Assembly: GCA_963743865.1 (NCBI GenBank)
Contig: CAVURG010000006.1
Span: 2,368,107 to 2,432,106, forward strand
Direction: 5' to 3'
DNA from: an uncultured delta proteobacterium
GTDB lineage: Bacteria > Desulfobacterota > Binatia > Binatales > Binataceae
DNA length: 64,000 nt
The position numbers were made by a program, and so were the translations under genes. Within the stretch, counting starts at the first letter, position 1; each line of letters starts with the position of its first letter. Shown piece by piece: positions 17,811-26,833 of this stretch. The notes beneath the pieces are model-generated. The model saw nothing but the letters and a program-made list of their open reading frames with translations. It searched no databases and was not told the origin of the DNA.

Positions 17811-20432
17811 CTAGCTGTTTCCTTTCCCGCTCAAATCGACCACCTGCGGATTATTGGTGGCGTTGTCCTCGAGCGGCAAGTTGCCGACCCGCTTCCCCGT
17901 GGCGGTCGGCTTGAAGGTGACGCTGATGCGGCACGCATGGTGCGCTGGCAGGCTCGCGCCGCAGGTATTGGTTTGCGCAAAGTCCCCGGTAACCGATATT
18001 CCCGTGAATTTAGCCGGCGCCCCGCCAGTGTTGGTCACTTTCAAAGTCTTGACTGAACTCGTGGTGCCAAGTCGCTGAGTCCCGAATTTCAAATTCTTGG
18101 GCGAGATTGCCAATGCGCCGGGTGTGGCCGTGGCGGTGGGCGTCGCGGAGGCCGTCGCCGTAGCAGTCCTGGTCGCAGTCGGCGTTGCTCTCGCAGTCGC
18201 CGTCGCCGTAGCTGTTTGAGTCCCCGTAGCAGTCGCGGTCGCCGTGCCAGTTGAGGTCGGCACCGGCGTCGAGGACCCAGTAGGAGTCGCGGTGGCCGAC
18301 GGTGACAGCGTCGCGCTTGGAATGGACGTCGGCGACGGAGCGGAATCGCTGATGAGCAGGACGTGCGCCTGGTAAGGCTCGAATGCCTCGGAGAAGGTCG
18401 TGCTGGAGTCGGGCGCAGTGCTGACCCCGGTGTCGTAGTCGATAATGCTGGCTGCCGGCTGCGCCAGCGTGAACTCGGCGGTGACACCCGACGCGGTGTA
18501 GTTGTAGGAGAACAGGTAGCGGGTGCCGTCGCTCCCGACCTTGGTCTTGGTGAACACGGTGCCCTGCTCGGAGTTCGCGGTGATCACCGGGGCGTCGGGA
18601 CTGAGCAACACCGGCTCCAGCGATTTGATCTCGGTGGTCACGTTGATCAGTTCCTGGTAAAGTGCCGCGTGCTCGACCGGATCCTTCACCCATCTGAGTG
18701 CGCGCACGCCGTATGACCAGTAAAAGAGGCCGGTCGCGCCTTCCACGATCGCCATCCAGCTCATGTCGTGCAGCTGCTGCTGGGTCGGCCATCCGGAACC
18801 CACGTGTGATTGGAAGAACTGAATGACGGTCCACACCGGGCGCGAGCCGTGTCCAGCCTGAAACGCCATGCGAGTCCAATCCGCAACTTTGGCGAGATCG
18901 TTTCCGCTGGCGGAGGTGATCGGATAGGGGTCCACGCCCAAGACATCCACTGTGTCCTTCCAGAACGGGAGGTCGAGCGGGCTGCCGAGCACCGCCAGGT
19001 TGAAGCCCGACGGATCGTTCGCTTTGATAAGCCCATACTGGTGGAACGTACGCGGCTGCGCGGTGATCGCGGGCTCGTCCACAACGTAGTATCCAACGAC
19101 TTCGGGGTCGGACGACAACGTGGATGCGTAATCGGAAATCAGCTGATCCTGATCGTCGGTTCTAAACTCTTCGGCGAGAGTGGTCGGAAAATTCGCGCTT
19201 TCCGAATAGAAGTTGTTCACGGTTGGCAGCAGCGTGATCCCGAATTGCTGCATCGCAGCGGTGTATGCGGTAATTGCCCGCGTCGGCGCGTTGCAAAGAT
19301 AGTAGTTGATGATCATGTTGATCGGCGCCTGCGCGATCGCGGTAAGCTCATTCACGAAGGAAGCCGGACTGAATCCATACCCGGTCGTGTCGTAGATTCC
19401 GAGCACAAAGTGCGGATTGCCATCGATGAAATGCGCGAGGTTGGCCGGGTCGATCCACGCCTTCATGCCCGAGCGCACCGCTGCATCGAGCTTCACGATC
19501 GCATAGGGGCTCTGCGCCATCAGCACTTTGCCGCCGGAATCCTCGAGTATTCCCGCAATCTGGTAGGTCCCAAGCGGCAGGGCTCCCATGTCGAGGGTGC
19601 CCGTGAATTCAGTCGACTCGGGAGCGAAGGTCTGGCTGGCGACCGTGTTGCCGCCTGCGTCGACCGCGTCGATTTCCACGCGAAGGCTGCCCAGCGAGGT
19701 TCCCGCCGGCGGAGTGACGGTCAGGTCCATGCTTGCGACCTGGTTTTGATCCGAAAACATCAGTCCGCGGTAGTTCGGGTACAGCAGAAACACCTGTAGC
19801 GGCGGCGGTATCTCCTGCTGCAGCGACAGGTTTGCAAACCATGCGTTTCCGCTCGTCACTGAGCCCGGGCTCGCCAGGCCAACGACCGTGGTCTTGCCTG
19901 AGGGGATGCTCACATGCTGGAGAGTCGCGCTGGTCCAGTCGGTGGTGCTGTTGATGGTGGGAGATTGCCTATAACCCCATAGAGTGAACACGGCGCCGGC
20001 GGAAGACGTCGCGCCTACAAAATTTTCGGTCATGATCTGGCCGCTCAGCGTGTACACCTTTCCACCGCTAATGCTAAGCGAGTTCAACGCTTCCGTAGGT
20101 TTGGTGCTGCAAGTCGCGGGATTGGTCAACTCCAAGGTGGCGGCGCCGTTCGGCGCCACAGTGGTAGGATCGAGGCTGAAGCAGGGGCTATACAATTTCC
20201 ACCCCGCCGTTCCTTGCGAGAAATCGCCGTTTACCAGCAGATTGGAACCCAACGACCAGCCCACTTGTGGAGCGGTCAGGCCGCCATCGACAAGCGTTTG
20301 AGCAAAAGCGGGAGATCCACATGTCAGTGAAAGAGTATATAATATTAGTACTAAGACAGAACATTTAGCTAATGATGTAGTAGATAATGTTGTAATAGCT
20401 AATGATGTATAGCAATTGTATCGATGCGACAT
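17811..20432 (-). CDS. secreted CBM-like + TIM-barrel glycoside-hydrolase-like protein with a TA/TP linker and a C-terminal choice-of-anchor-D-like domain
   Basis: The N-terminus after the signal reads LVNGDFSQGTAGWKL (CBM4/9-like). The centre has VVGYYVVDEPA and MSWMAIVEGATGLFYWSYG, a candidate acid/base and nucleophile for a clan GH-A-like fold. The linker lies at about 18115-18345. The start may be ATG 20432 or GTG 20471. The paralogue is 29387..31417. Confidence 0.6.
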   Translation of the reverse strand: MSHRYNCYTSLAITTLSTTSLAKCSVLVLILYTLSLTCGSPAFAQTLVDGGLTAPQVGWSLGSNLLVNGDFSQGTAGWKLYSPCFSLDPTTVAPNGAATLELTNPATCSTKPTEALNSLSISGGKVYTLSGQIMTENFVGATSSAGAVFTLWGYRQSPTINSTTDWTSATLQHVSIPSGKTTVVGLASPGSVTSGNAWFANLSLQQEIPPPLQVFLLYPNYRGLMFSDQNQVASMDLTVTPPAGTSLGSLRVEIDAVDAGGNTVASQTFAPESTEFTGTLDMGALPLGTYQIAGILEDSGGKVLMAQSPYAIVKLDAAVRSGMKAWIDPANLAHFIDGNPHFVLGIYDTTGYGFSPASFVNELTAIAQAPINMIINYYLCNAPTRAITAYTAAMQQFGITLLPTVNNFYSESANFPTTLAEEFRTDDQDQLISDYASTLSSDPEVVGYYVVDEPAITAQPRTFHQYGLIKANDPSGFNLAVLGSPLDLPFWKDTVDVLGVDPYPITSASGNDLAKVADWTRMAFQAGHGSRPVWTVIQFFQSHVGSGWPTQQQLHDMSWMAIVEGATGLFYWSYGVRALRWVKDPVEHAALYQELINVTTEIKSLEPVLLSPDAPVITANSEQGTVFTKTKVGSDGTRYLFSYNYTASGVTAEFTLAQPAASIIDYDTGVSTAPDSSTTFSEAFEPYQAHVLLISDSAPSPTSIPSATLSPSATATPTGSSTPVPTSTGTATATATGTQTATATATARATPTATRTATATASATPTATATPGALAISPKNLKFGTQRLGTTSSVKTLKVTNTGGAPAKFTGISVTGDFAQTNTCGASLPAHHACRISVTFKPTATGKRVGNLPLEDNATNNPQVVDLSGKGNS

Positions 20433-20949
20433 GATCGCCGCCCCCGCTTGAGTCGATGTGCGTTTCACCATCGCTCATAGAGCAACTTTCCTGCCGTTGG
20501 AGATCTGTCATTCGCCGATACTCACTGGATACTCACTGATGCTCCAAGGTGGAACACTCTGTCGCGTAACAACGCACGATCTTCGCGCCGATGACACAAT
20601 TCAATTGGCAAGCGAGCTAGTCGAGGTTCTCCACTGTTTCAAGAGCGGTTGATTTTCGAGCATCGATGGGGCGCGATGAGACTCCGTATCGCAAAGTTGA
20701 GATAAGATGCGACATGGAATTGGCGGTACTGTCCAAAAGCGGACAACGCCGAATTAGCCCGACGGGAGTGCCGGCTTCCCTAAGATTCGAGCAGCCGCGT
20801 TCGAGCCCTTCCGCGCGCGGCCGGCCTTTCGTCTCATTTCAGGAGGGGTCCGGCCTCGTTACGGGACTGGCAGCACACACCCAGATTTCTATTTCATGTG
20901 CGAGCTACTAACTTGGTAGTATTGTTTAAGTGCCGTTTTTCAGGCTGGC

Positions 20950-21204
20950 TTGAATGCGAGCGGAGGCGGTGTCAGGGTAAAGCCAGTGGGTGAGAGAAAA
21001 AATCGGCTCTGTCAGGTCTCGCTCAAGCGCGCGGTGCGGGTGGACTTTCAGGCATTGCGCGTGATTTCCGGCGGTGGTCTAATTTTGCTGCACAACTTGA
21101 ACGAACGTCTGGGCTTCAGCGAACTTGTGGAACGACATCATCTCGTTACGCTCAAGACGCCCTTGCACGGGCGGCTGCATCCATCTATGGGAATGCCCAC
21201 TTAA
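20950..21204 (+). pseudogene. N-terminal relic of a DDE transposase (IS1380/IS4-like)
   Basis: VDFQALRVISGGGLILLHNLNERLGFSELVERH resembles the conserved N-terminus (...SDGGLLLLRELDERLGLTERLA...) of these transposases as I remember it. The reading frame decays after about 60 aa. Confidence 0.35.
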
Positions 21205-21225
21205 CCCAATCTATTCTGTTCTAAG

Positions 21226-22221
21226 GTGGGGAAAAACGGCCAAATGTCCAAGGTCACCGTTATAATTCCGACCTACAATCGCGCCTACATTCTAAGCCAG
21301 GCGATAGAGAGCGTGCTTGCCCAGACGATGGGGGATTTCGAGCTCATTATCGTGGACGATGGGTCAGCCGATGGCACCACTGAAATAGTTCGCGGTTTCT
21401 CGGACTCGCGGATCCGTTACATCCAGCAAGCAAATGCTGGCCCCGGGATGGCAAGAAATCGTGGCGTCGCAGAGGCCACGTCTCAGTACGTTTCATTTCT
21501 CGACTCAGACGACCTTTGGACACCCGATAAACTTTCGTCCTGCCTCACCTTTCTCAGCAACCATCCAGAAGTCGGGGGAATATTTCATGATCTTGAGTGG
21601 CGCTGTAGCAATGAAGCCAAGCCTTCGTTTGTGCGCGCTCATTCTGCTCGGATGCCGGCCTGGCTTTTGGGCGGAAGCTACGCCGAAGGCACACTCATAC
21701 CAGATCGCGAACTCCATCTGATGCTACTCCAAGAAGTTCCAATCAAGCCCACGGCGCTGACCGTTGACACGCTCGCTTTCAGAACAAGCGGCGGCTTCAA
21801 CTGTTGGCCATGTGGCGAGGACTGGGAGTTTCTGCTTCGCTTCGCAAAACAGAACCGTCTGGCTTACTTGGATCGCCCCCTCGGGGTGGTAAGAATCACA
21901 CCTGATTCGAAAGAGATTGGCCGAACTTTCACGGTCATATGCAAACTCCTAACTAACCAACGGTCGCTCATCTCGTCTCAAGACACTGAGGCGCTCGCTG
22001 CAATTTCTGCCGGCATAACACAGGGAGCGAAAGGGGTGAGCCGGGCATACCTCGAACGAGGACGGCGACTTGCCGCTATAAACACTTGCCTCATGGGCTT
22101 TGCAAAGACCGGCAACGTCGAATTGCTCTTGAGGGCGCTCGGTGTGTGCCTACCTATGTCATTGCTTCGAGCCGCGAGAACCTTGTATCGAGGGCGCTCA
22201 GGCGCGCCGTGGATCACATAA
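21226..22221 (+). CDS. glycosyltransferase family 2
   Basis: VTVIIPTYNRAYILSQAIESVLAQTMGDFELIIVDDGSADGT...SFLDSDDLW. Confidence 0.85.
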   Translation: MGKNGQMSKVTVIIPTYNRAYILSQAIESVLAQTMGDFELIIVDDGSADGTTEIVRGFSDSRIRYIQQANAGPGMARNRGVAEATSQYVSFLDSDDLWTPDKLSSCLTFLSNHPEVGGIFHDLEWRCSNEAKPSFVRAHSARMPAWLLGGSYAEGTLIPDRELHLMLLQEVPIKPTALTVDTLAFRTSGGFNCWPCGEDWEFLLRFAKQNRLAYLDRPLGVVRITPDSKEIGRTFTVICKLLTNQRSLISSQDTEALAAISAGITQGAKGVSRAYLERGRRLAAINTCLMGFAKTGNVELLLRALGVCLPMSLLRAARTLYRGRSGAPWIT

Positions 22222-22299
22222 ATTCGCGATAACCTGGTCGCTGGTGTTTTACAGAGGGCGGAGACCCCTCGAACTCCTGCAGCGTCGGGCAAGGGCCAT

Positions 22300-23049
22300 T
22301 CAGGCATTTGGACGCAATGCTCGTTTGGTGCGCCGCAGGATTCTACCGGTCAGCCTCCGCACTCGCGTAGTGGGTCCAGCTGACTGGGCATCGGCCACCC
22401 ACTTGTAGACCCATTCGGACTCCATGCCGGGCGGCACCTCGCCGCAGTCGGCGAGCACCGAATTCCCGGCGATTGCGTCAGGCGACACGAACAAGACCAT
22501 GTTTTGGCGATACCACCAAGCCACCCTCCGGTCGTCGCGAAGCTTAGGCCGGAATGGATCGAGCATCCTGAATCCGAACTTTTCAAAGATTTTCCGCCAG
22601 TAAGACAGCGGCTGGCAGTTAATGTGCCCTCCGCCCTCCTGACCGGGAGGCGCTGCGGAGAACAGAACTTGTGGCGCTGCGGAAGTAAGCTTGCGCACCA
22701 GGTACCTCGAATTGCGCTTGGGTAAATGCTCGGCAACCTCGAGGCAAATAGCTAAATCGAATCGATCCGGCGGAATCTCGAACTTGACGCTCAGATTCGT
22801 GGGACGAAAGCGATCGGCGGAAAACAACAGCGTCGATGGCTGGATGTAATCTCCGTCGAGTCCGACCACTTTCTCTATTCCCTGCGCGATGAATGCGCTC
22901 AACCACGCGCCGCGGCCACAGCCGACATCCAGCACACTCAACGGATGAATCAACTCAACCACCATCGGTACGACCACACGAGCGGAATCGCGCGTGCGAT
23001 CATGCTCATACATATCTTCGGCGTAATAGCTTGCCAGATCCTTGCGCAT
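22300..23049 (-). CDS. class I SAM-dependent methyltransferase
   Basis: VLDVGCGRGAWL (motif I), DLAICLEVAEHLP. Confidence 0.8.
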   Translation of the reverse strand: MRKDLASYYAEDMYEHDRTRDSARVVVPMVVELIHPLSVLDVGCGRGAWLSAFIAQGIEKVVGLDGDYIQPSTLLFSADRFRPTNLSVKFEIPPDRFDLAICLEVAEHLPKRNSRYLVRKLTSAAPQVLFSAAPPGQEGGGHINCQPLSYWRKIFEKFGFRMLDPFRPKLRDDRRVAWWYRQNMVLFVSPDAIAGNSVLADCGEVPPGMESEWVYKWVADAQSAGPTTRVRRLTGRILRRTKRALRPNA

Positions 23050-23108
23050 CAGTTCCCGCCTCGACTGTGCCCATCAATTCTGCCACAAACTCAAAAAACC
23101 GCTATAAA

Positions 23109-23306
23109 TCATGCGGCGCGCCCGCTCGCGATGCTGCGCTCCCCGTACGATTCAATGACCTCGCGTGATTCGTCAGTTGAGCCGTCATCGATCACGATTA
23201 CTTCGACATGCGAATAAGTTTGCGCAAGAGCGCTGTCAATTGCGGCGCCCAAATAGCGGCCGTAGTTGTAGTTGGTGATTACGATGCTGACCAGCGTCCA
23301 CCATGA
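23109..23306 (-). pseudogene. truncated GT2 glycosyltransferase N-terminus with no start codon
   Basis: My translation is [65 protein letters not shown]. It begins directly after, and in frame with, the TAA stop of the flippase gene. It is paralogous to the N-terminus of 34530..35660. Confidence 0.6.
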
Positions 23307-24719
23307 TTACCTGGATAGCGCCGTCGCCGTGCTGGGGGATCTCATCTCACCACCCTGCGCCGTTTGCTGCACCAGGTAGCCCATTGTCGGTAGCGCTACC
23401 AACATCGATAGAACGTCGGCGACCGCCGCGCCGGTGGTCCCGTGCCATACTGTGAATGGATAGATCGCGATCGCCAGAACCCCTACGCGGGTAGCCGACG
23501 CGATGACGGATCGTTCCGGTTTTCCCAGACCATTGAGAAAGGTTCGCCCAACCGCCAAGAGCCCCTGCAGGAGCCCGTAGATGCAGAGGACCCTGAGCGG
23601 GGTCACTGCGTGCATCCAGGCTGGTCCGAACAATCGGAGAACGACCTTCTGGCCAAAGGCGAAAATGAATGCGACGTACCCCAGCCCGACCAGTGTCACA
23701 AGCGCCGTCACCGACCAGAACAGGCGCGCGCGCGCGCGGGAATCCTCGCGCATTCGCGCCACCATCGGAAACGTCACCACGGTAGCGGCTGTCGTAAATT
23801 CCAACACCGGCATCTCGCCTGCGCGAAATGCCATTTGGTAGATGCCGAGCGCTCCGGGACCGAGCAGGCGGCCCACAACTAGATTGTCAAGCTGCTTCGC
23901 AGCAAAATCGCACAGCATGCCAAAGCTGAACCACAGTCCGAACGGGAGCATGGCTTTCGCGCGAACCATGCTGAAGCCCAGCCGCGGCCAAAACGGAAAT
24001 AGCCAGTAGGTTAAAATGACGCGCACTGCCGCGCCGACGAGCATCGAGCACACCAGACCGCGCCAGTCGCGCCAGTAGAGCACGGCCATAAGACCGAATA
24101 TTAGGCTCGCCGCAACTTCCGAAACGTTCAGGATGGTCACAAAATGGAAATCGAGACGCCGATATAGTGATGCCAGGCGCGGGCTCTGAATCGATTGCAG
24201 GATTGCAAGCGGAACCATAGCCCAGAATACCCTGTAGGCGTCGCCCAGATGGAAGAAGGCGCCCAGCGGCCGCGCGAACACAATCAGTATCAATCCAATA
24301 ATCAAGCCGCGCACGACATACGTTGTGAATAGAGTGTCAACATAGGGTTCGATCTCATCTTCCTGCTGGACAAGCGATGATCCGATGCGCGGATTAGTCG
24401 CGGCACTGATCGCTGTAAAGATCAATTGCGCACTGCCGATCACGCCGAAATCGAAGGGCTTGAGCAATCGTGCGAAGATCACATACCGCAGAGCGGTACC
24501 AATTGAGCTAAATCCGCGCGCCGCGGCGGTCCAGGAAAGACCGGTGAAAAAGGTCTTGAGTACGGCCTCTCCGAGGTGTTGAGGGGTCTCCGCGCGGCGT
24601 TCGCTTGCGTCCGCGGCGTTCGTCTTTGGCGCTACCGCTTCGGCCGATGGCGCGGCCTGTCCTGCTGCTTCATGGGGCATTTTCGGATTTCTTCGTGTTT
24701 CCCTTTTGTCTTCGGCCAT
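23307..24719 (-). CDS. Wzx-type oligosaccharide flippase (polysaccharide biosynthesis protein, MOP superfamily)
   Basis: 470 aa with many hydrophobic helices and a typical size and pattern. Its context is an EPS locus. Confidence 0.7.
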   Translation of the reverse strand: MAEDKRETRRNPKMPHEAAGQAAPSAEAVAPKTNAADASERRAETPQHLGEAVLKTFFTGLSWTAAARGFSSIGTALRYVIFARLLKPFDFGVIGSAQLIFTAISAATNPRIGSSLVQQEDEIEPYVDTLFTTYVVRGLIIGLILIVFARPLGAFFHLGDAYRVFWAMVPLAILQSIQSPRLASLYRRLDFHFVTILNVSEVAASLIFGLMAVLYWRDWRGLVCSMLVGAAVRVILTYWLFPFWPRLGFSMVRAKAMLPFGLWFSFGMLCDFAAKQLDNLVVGRLLGPGALGIYQMAFRAGEMPVLEFTTAATVVTFPMVARMREDSRARARLFWSVTALVTLVGLGYVAFIFAFGQKVVLRLFGPAWMHAVTPLRVLCIYGLLQGLLAVGRTFLNGLGKPERSVIASATRVGVLAIAIYPFTVWHGTTGAAVADVLSMLVALPTMGYLVQQTAQGGEMRSPSTATALSR

Positions 24720-25307
24720 CGGGAAACAGCGGTGCCTGCTACTGAACGGCTAGACTTCCTGATCAACCGGATTTTCTAAACCAAAACTGTCATTCACTGC
24801 GAAGTTACGAACGCAATTCACACGCTGCGGATCGTGTGAAGAGTAGCGCGACGAGCGCGCGGTGTCGACCATTCGCTGCTATCGCCCGTGCCACTTTGGC
24901 GCAGCGCCAGCACGACCTCCGCACAGACCGCCGACATCGCAACCAACGGTCACCGTACGTAGAAACGCATCGTCGGACGGTGCGCCGCGTTCAATGATGA
25001 CTTTCAAATCGGGCGACCCAGAGACATGGGGCGGAGGTGTCTTTGGAAATCGGCCGCACATGGGCCGGATCAGGGTTTCGGTGTGGTCGAAATGATGAAC
25101 GGGCCGCTCTTGGTGGACCAGCTTCTGCCAAAACCAAAGGAAAGCCCCGACCGCTTGCGCTACCGGACAGAATTGGACTATCAGCATCCTGATCTGAGGC
25201 GTGAAAACGGAAATTCCGGGTAATGGGCTTATGTCTGGAAATCCAGATCATCTCCGTGTTCGTATGCCGTAGCTTGGTTCGCACTGCCAACCCGCCTCGG
25301 TGTTCAG

Positions 25308-26060
25308 CTAGGCGTTCGCCGACGCGATAAAAGCCGCCATGTCGGTTGTTCCCTGCGGGTAAAGCCAACGAAACTGGCATCTCGCTTTGTAACCCCCAAG
25401 CCGATGACGAAGGCGCGGCATCCAAAACGGCCACCGCGCACCGTCCTTTTCAAAAATCCGGATGCGCGAGTACGGCGGCCTGAGGATTCCCCGGTATGCG
25501 AGATTGTGCTTCTCGAATAGCGGCAGTATCTGCCCCGCGTAGTACAGATTCGAGCGCAGGTGCGTCGGATGCGTGGGTCTAACCCAGCTGCACGCCTCAC
25601 TGACATAGGCCCTGCCGTGAGGCCCGAGGTGGTCCGCAATATCCCTCACAAAAATGTCAGGGTCGGGTGAATGCTCCAAGACATCCAGGCAGATCACAGC
25701 GTCGAAGGATCGGCTGGGGATCTCGGTGGTCTGCGTGACGTTCGTAAGCCGCAGGTCCTCTATCATCCGCTGGGCGAACGCTGATGAATGACCCGGGTAC
25801 TCAAAGCTTGTGATCCGCGCATCGGGATGAATCTTTCCAATCTCGCACGCGTCGTAGCCGATGCCATCGCCAAAGCAAATTACGTCCATACCCGCGGATA
25901 CTTCCTCGGCGAGCAAGCGCTTCCACCCGATTCGCTCCTGACGATGGTGCCAAGCCACCAATTCGTAGACGAACCCGTCAGTCTCGCGGTAAAACTCCGC
26001 CATCCGGTCCGACCAGATCCAGGGAGCACCAACGCCGAGCCGCACGAACTCTCGTGGCAC
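25308..26060 (-). CDS. class I SAM-dependent methyltransferase
   Basis: VICFGDGIGYDA (degenerate motif I), DAVICLDVLEHSPDP. The start is uncertain and the frame stays open upstream of the GTG at 26060. Confidence 0.65.
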   Translation of the reverse strand: MPREFVRLGVGAPWIWSDRMAEFYRETDGFVYELVAWHHRQERIGWKRLLAEEVSAGMDVICFGDGIGYDACEIGKIHPDARITSFEYPGHSSAFAQRMIEDLRLTNVTQTTEIPSRSFDAVICLDVLEHSPDPDIFVRDIADHLGPHGRAYVSEACSWVRPTHPTHLRSNLYYAGQILPLFEKHNLAYRGILRPPYSRIRIFEKDGARWPFWMPRLRHRLGGYKARCQFRWLYPQGTTDMAAFIASANA

Positions 26061-26422
26061 ATTGCCAACCGGGCTTGTCCATTGCGCCAGAAGGCATTCC
26101 TCCGCCGCGCGTGTGGCGCTGTGATAGCGGCGAATCGCGCTCAGTGCCTTCGAAAACGCACCATCCGCCGACCAATCATTTTTGCGAGCAGCTGTGGCGG
26201 AAAAGGTTGAGATGCGACTTGCACCCCCGTGGCTGATAGTCTCTTGCGCCGCCAGTCAGTCGCGCAACTCGCGCGCCCGCCTTGAGGTAATCCGAGAAGC
26301 CGGACCGCACGCACTCGGGTCCGAACATCTCGCGCCACTTGTTGAGCTTCGCCGCATGATGATGCCATTCCTCGGGCACTTACGGTTCGATGGCCTCAGC
26401 TCGCAATCGACCACTCATGCAG

Positions 26423-26833
26423 TTACTGATCGACCACCTTGAGTATCATCGGCTTCGAAAAATAGCTCTGTTCCAGTACCAGATGTGCAACCCCCGGGGA
26501 TTCCCGCCTGAAGTAGAACACCTGCGAGCTGTACTTCCAAGGTGTCCAATTTCGCGGGCGTCGCTCGTTAGGCCCCGCTATCAATTTCAGGCCGGAATTG
26601 CGGGCCACATACCAGTAATTGTCGGCGTAGGGCCGTAGCGGGAGCGTTACGACGAGCTCCTCCCCGACCGAAAGCGCAACCGTCTGGCCGGTATCCCGCA
26701 GGTAAACATACTTGGCAACCGGGCGCCGTAGCGGGCGCTCGGCGGATAGAGAAGAAGGCACAGCAAAGAAGAATCCAGCAATAATCGCGAAACACGCGAG
26801 CAGGAACGAGAGACGGAGTAATCGTTCGACCAT
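26423..26833 (-). CDS. small exported or membrane-anchored hypothetical protein
   Basis: N-terminal hydrophobic segment LLRLSFLLACFAIIAGFFFAV. I recognise no domain with confidence. Confidence 0.5.
   Translation of the reverse strand: MVERLLRLSFLLACFAIIAGFFFAVPSSLSAERPLRRPVAKYVYLRDTGQTVALSVGEELVVTLPLRPYADNYWYVARNSGLKLIAGPNERRPRNWTPWKYSSQVFYFRRESPGVAHLVLEQSYFSKPMILKVVDQ

Noticed and set aside
20791-20825. GTTCGAGCCC-containing segment resembling a tRNA T-arm, as a possible tRNA fragment or att site
   Set aside because: The flanking bases cannot form the T-stem or an acceptor stem, and no cloverleaf can be drawn.
20458-20911. ORFs 20458..20652 and 20666..20911 in the gap upstream of the hydrolase/anchor-D gene
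   Set aside because: There are no SD sites, no recognisable motifs and poor composition. I treat them as non-coding promoter or junction DNA.
26423-26833. Chagasin-like (I42) protease inhibitor call for the small exported protein
   Set aside because: The size and beta-rich pattern fit loosely, but the diagnostic NPTTGY-type and RPW-type motifs are absent. I kept it as hypothetical.
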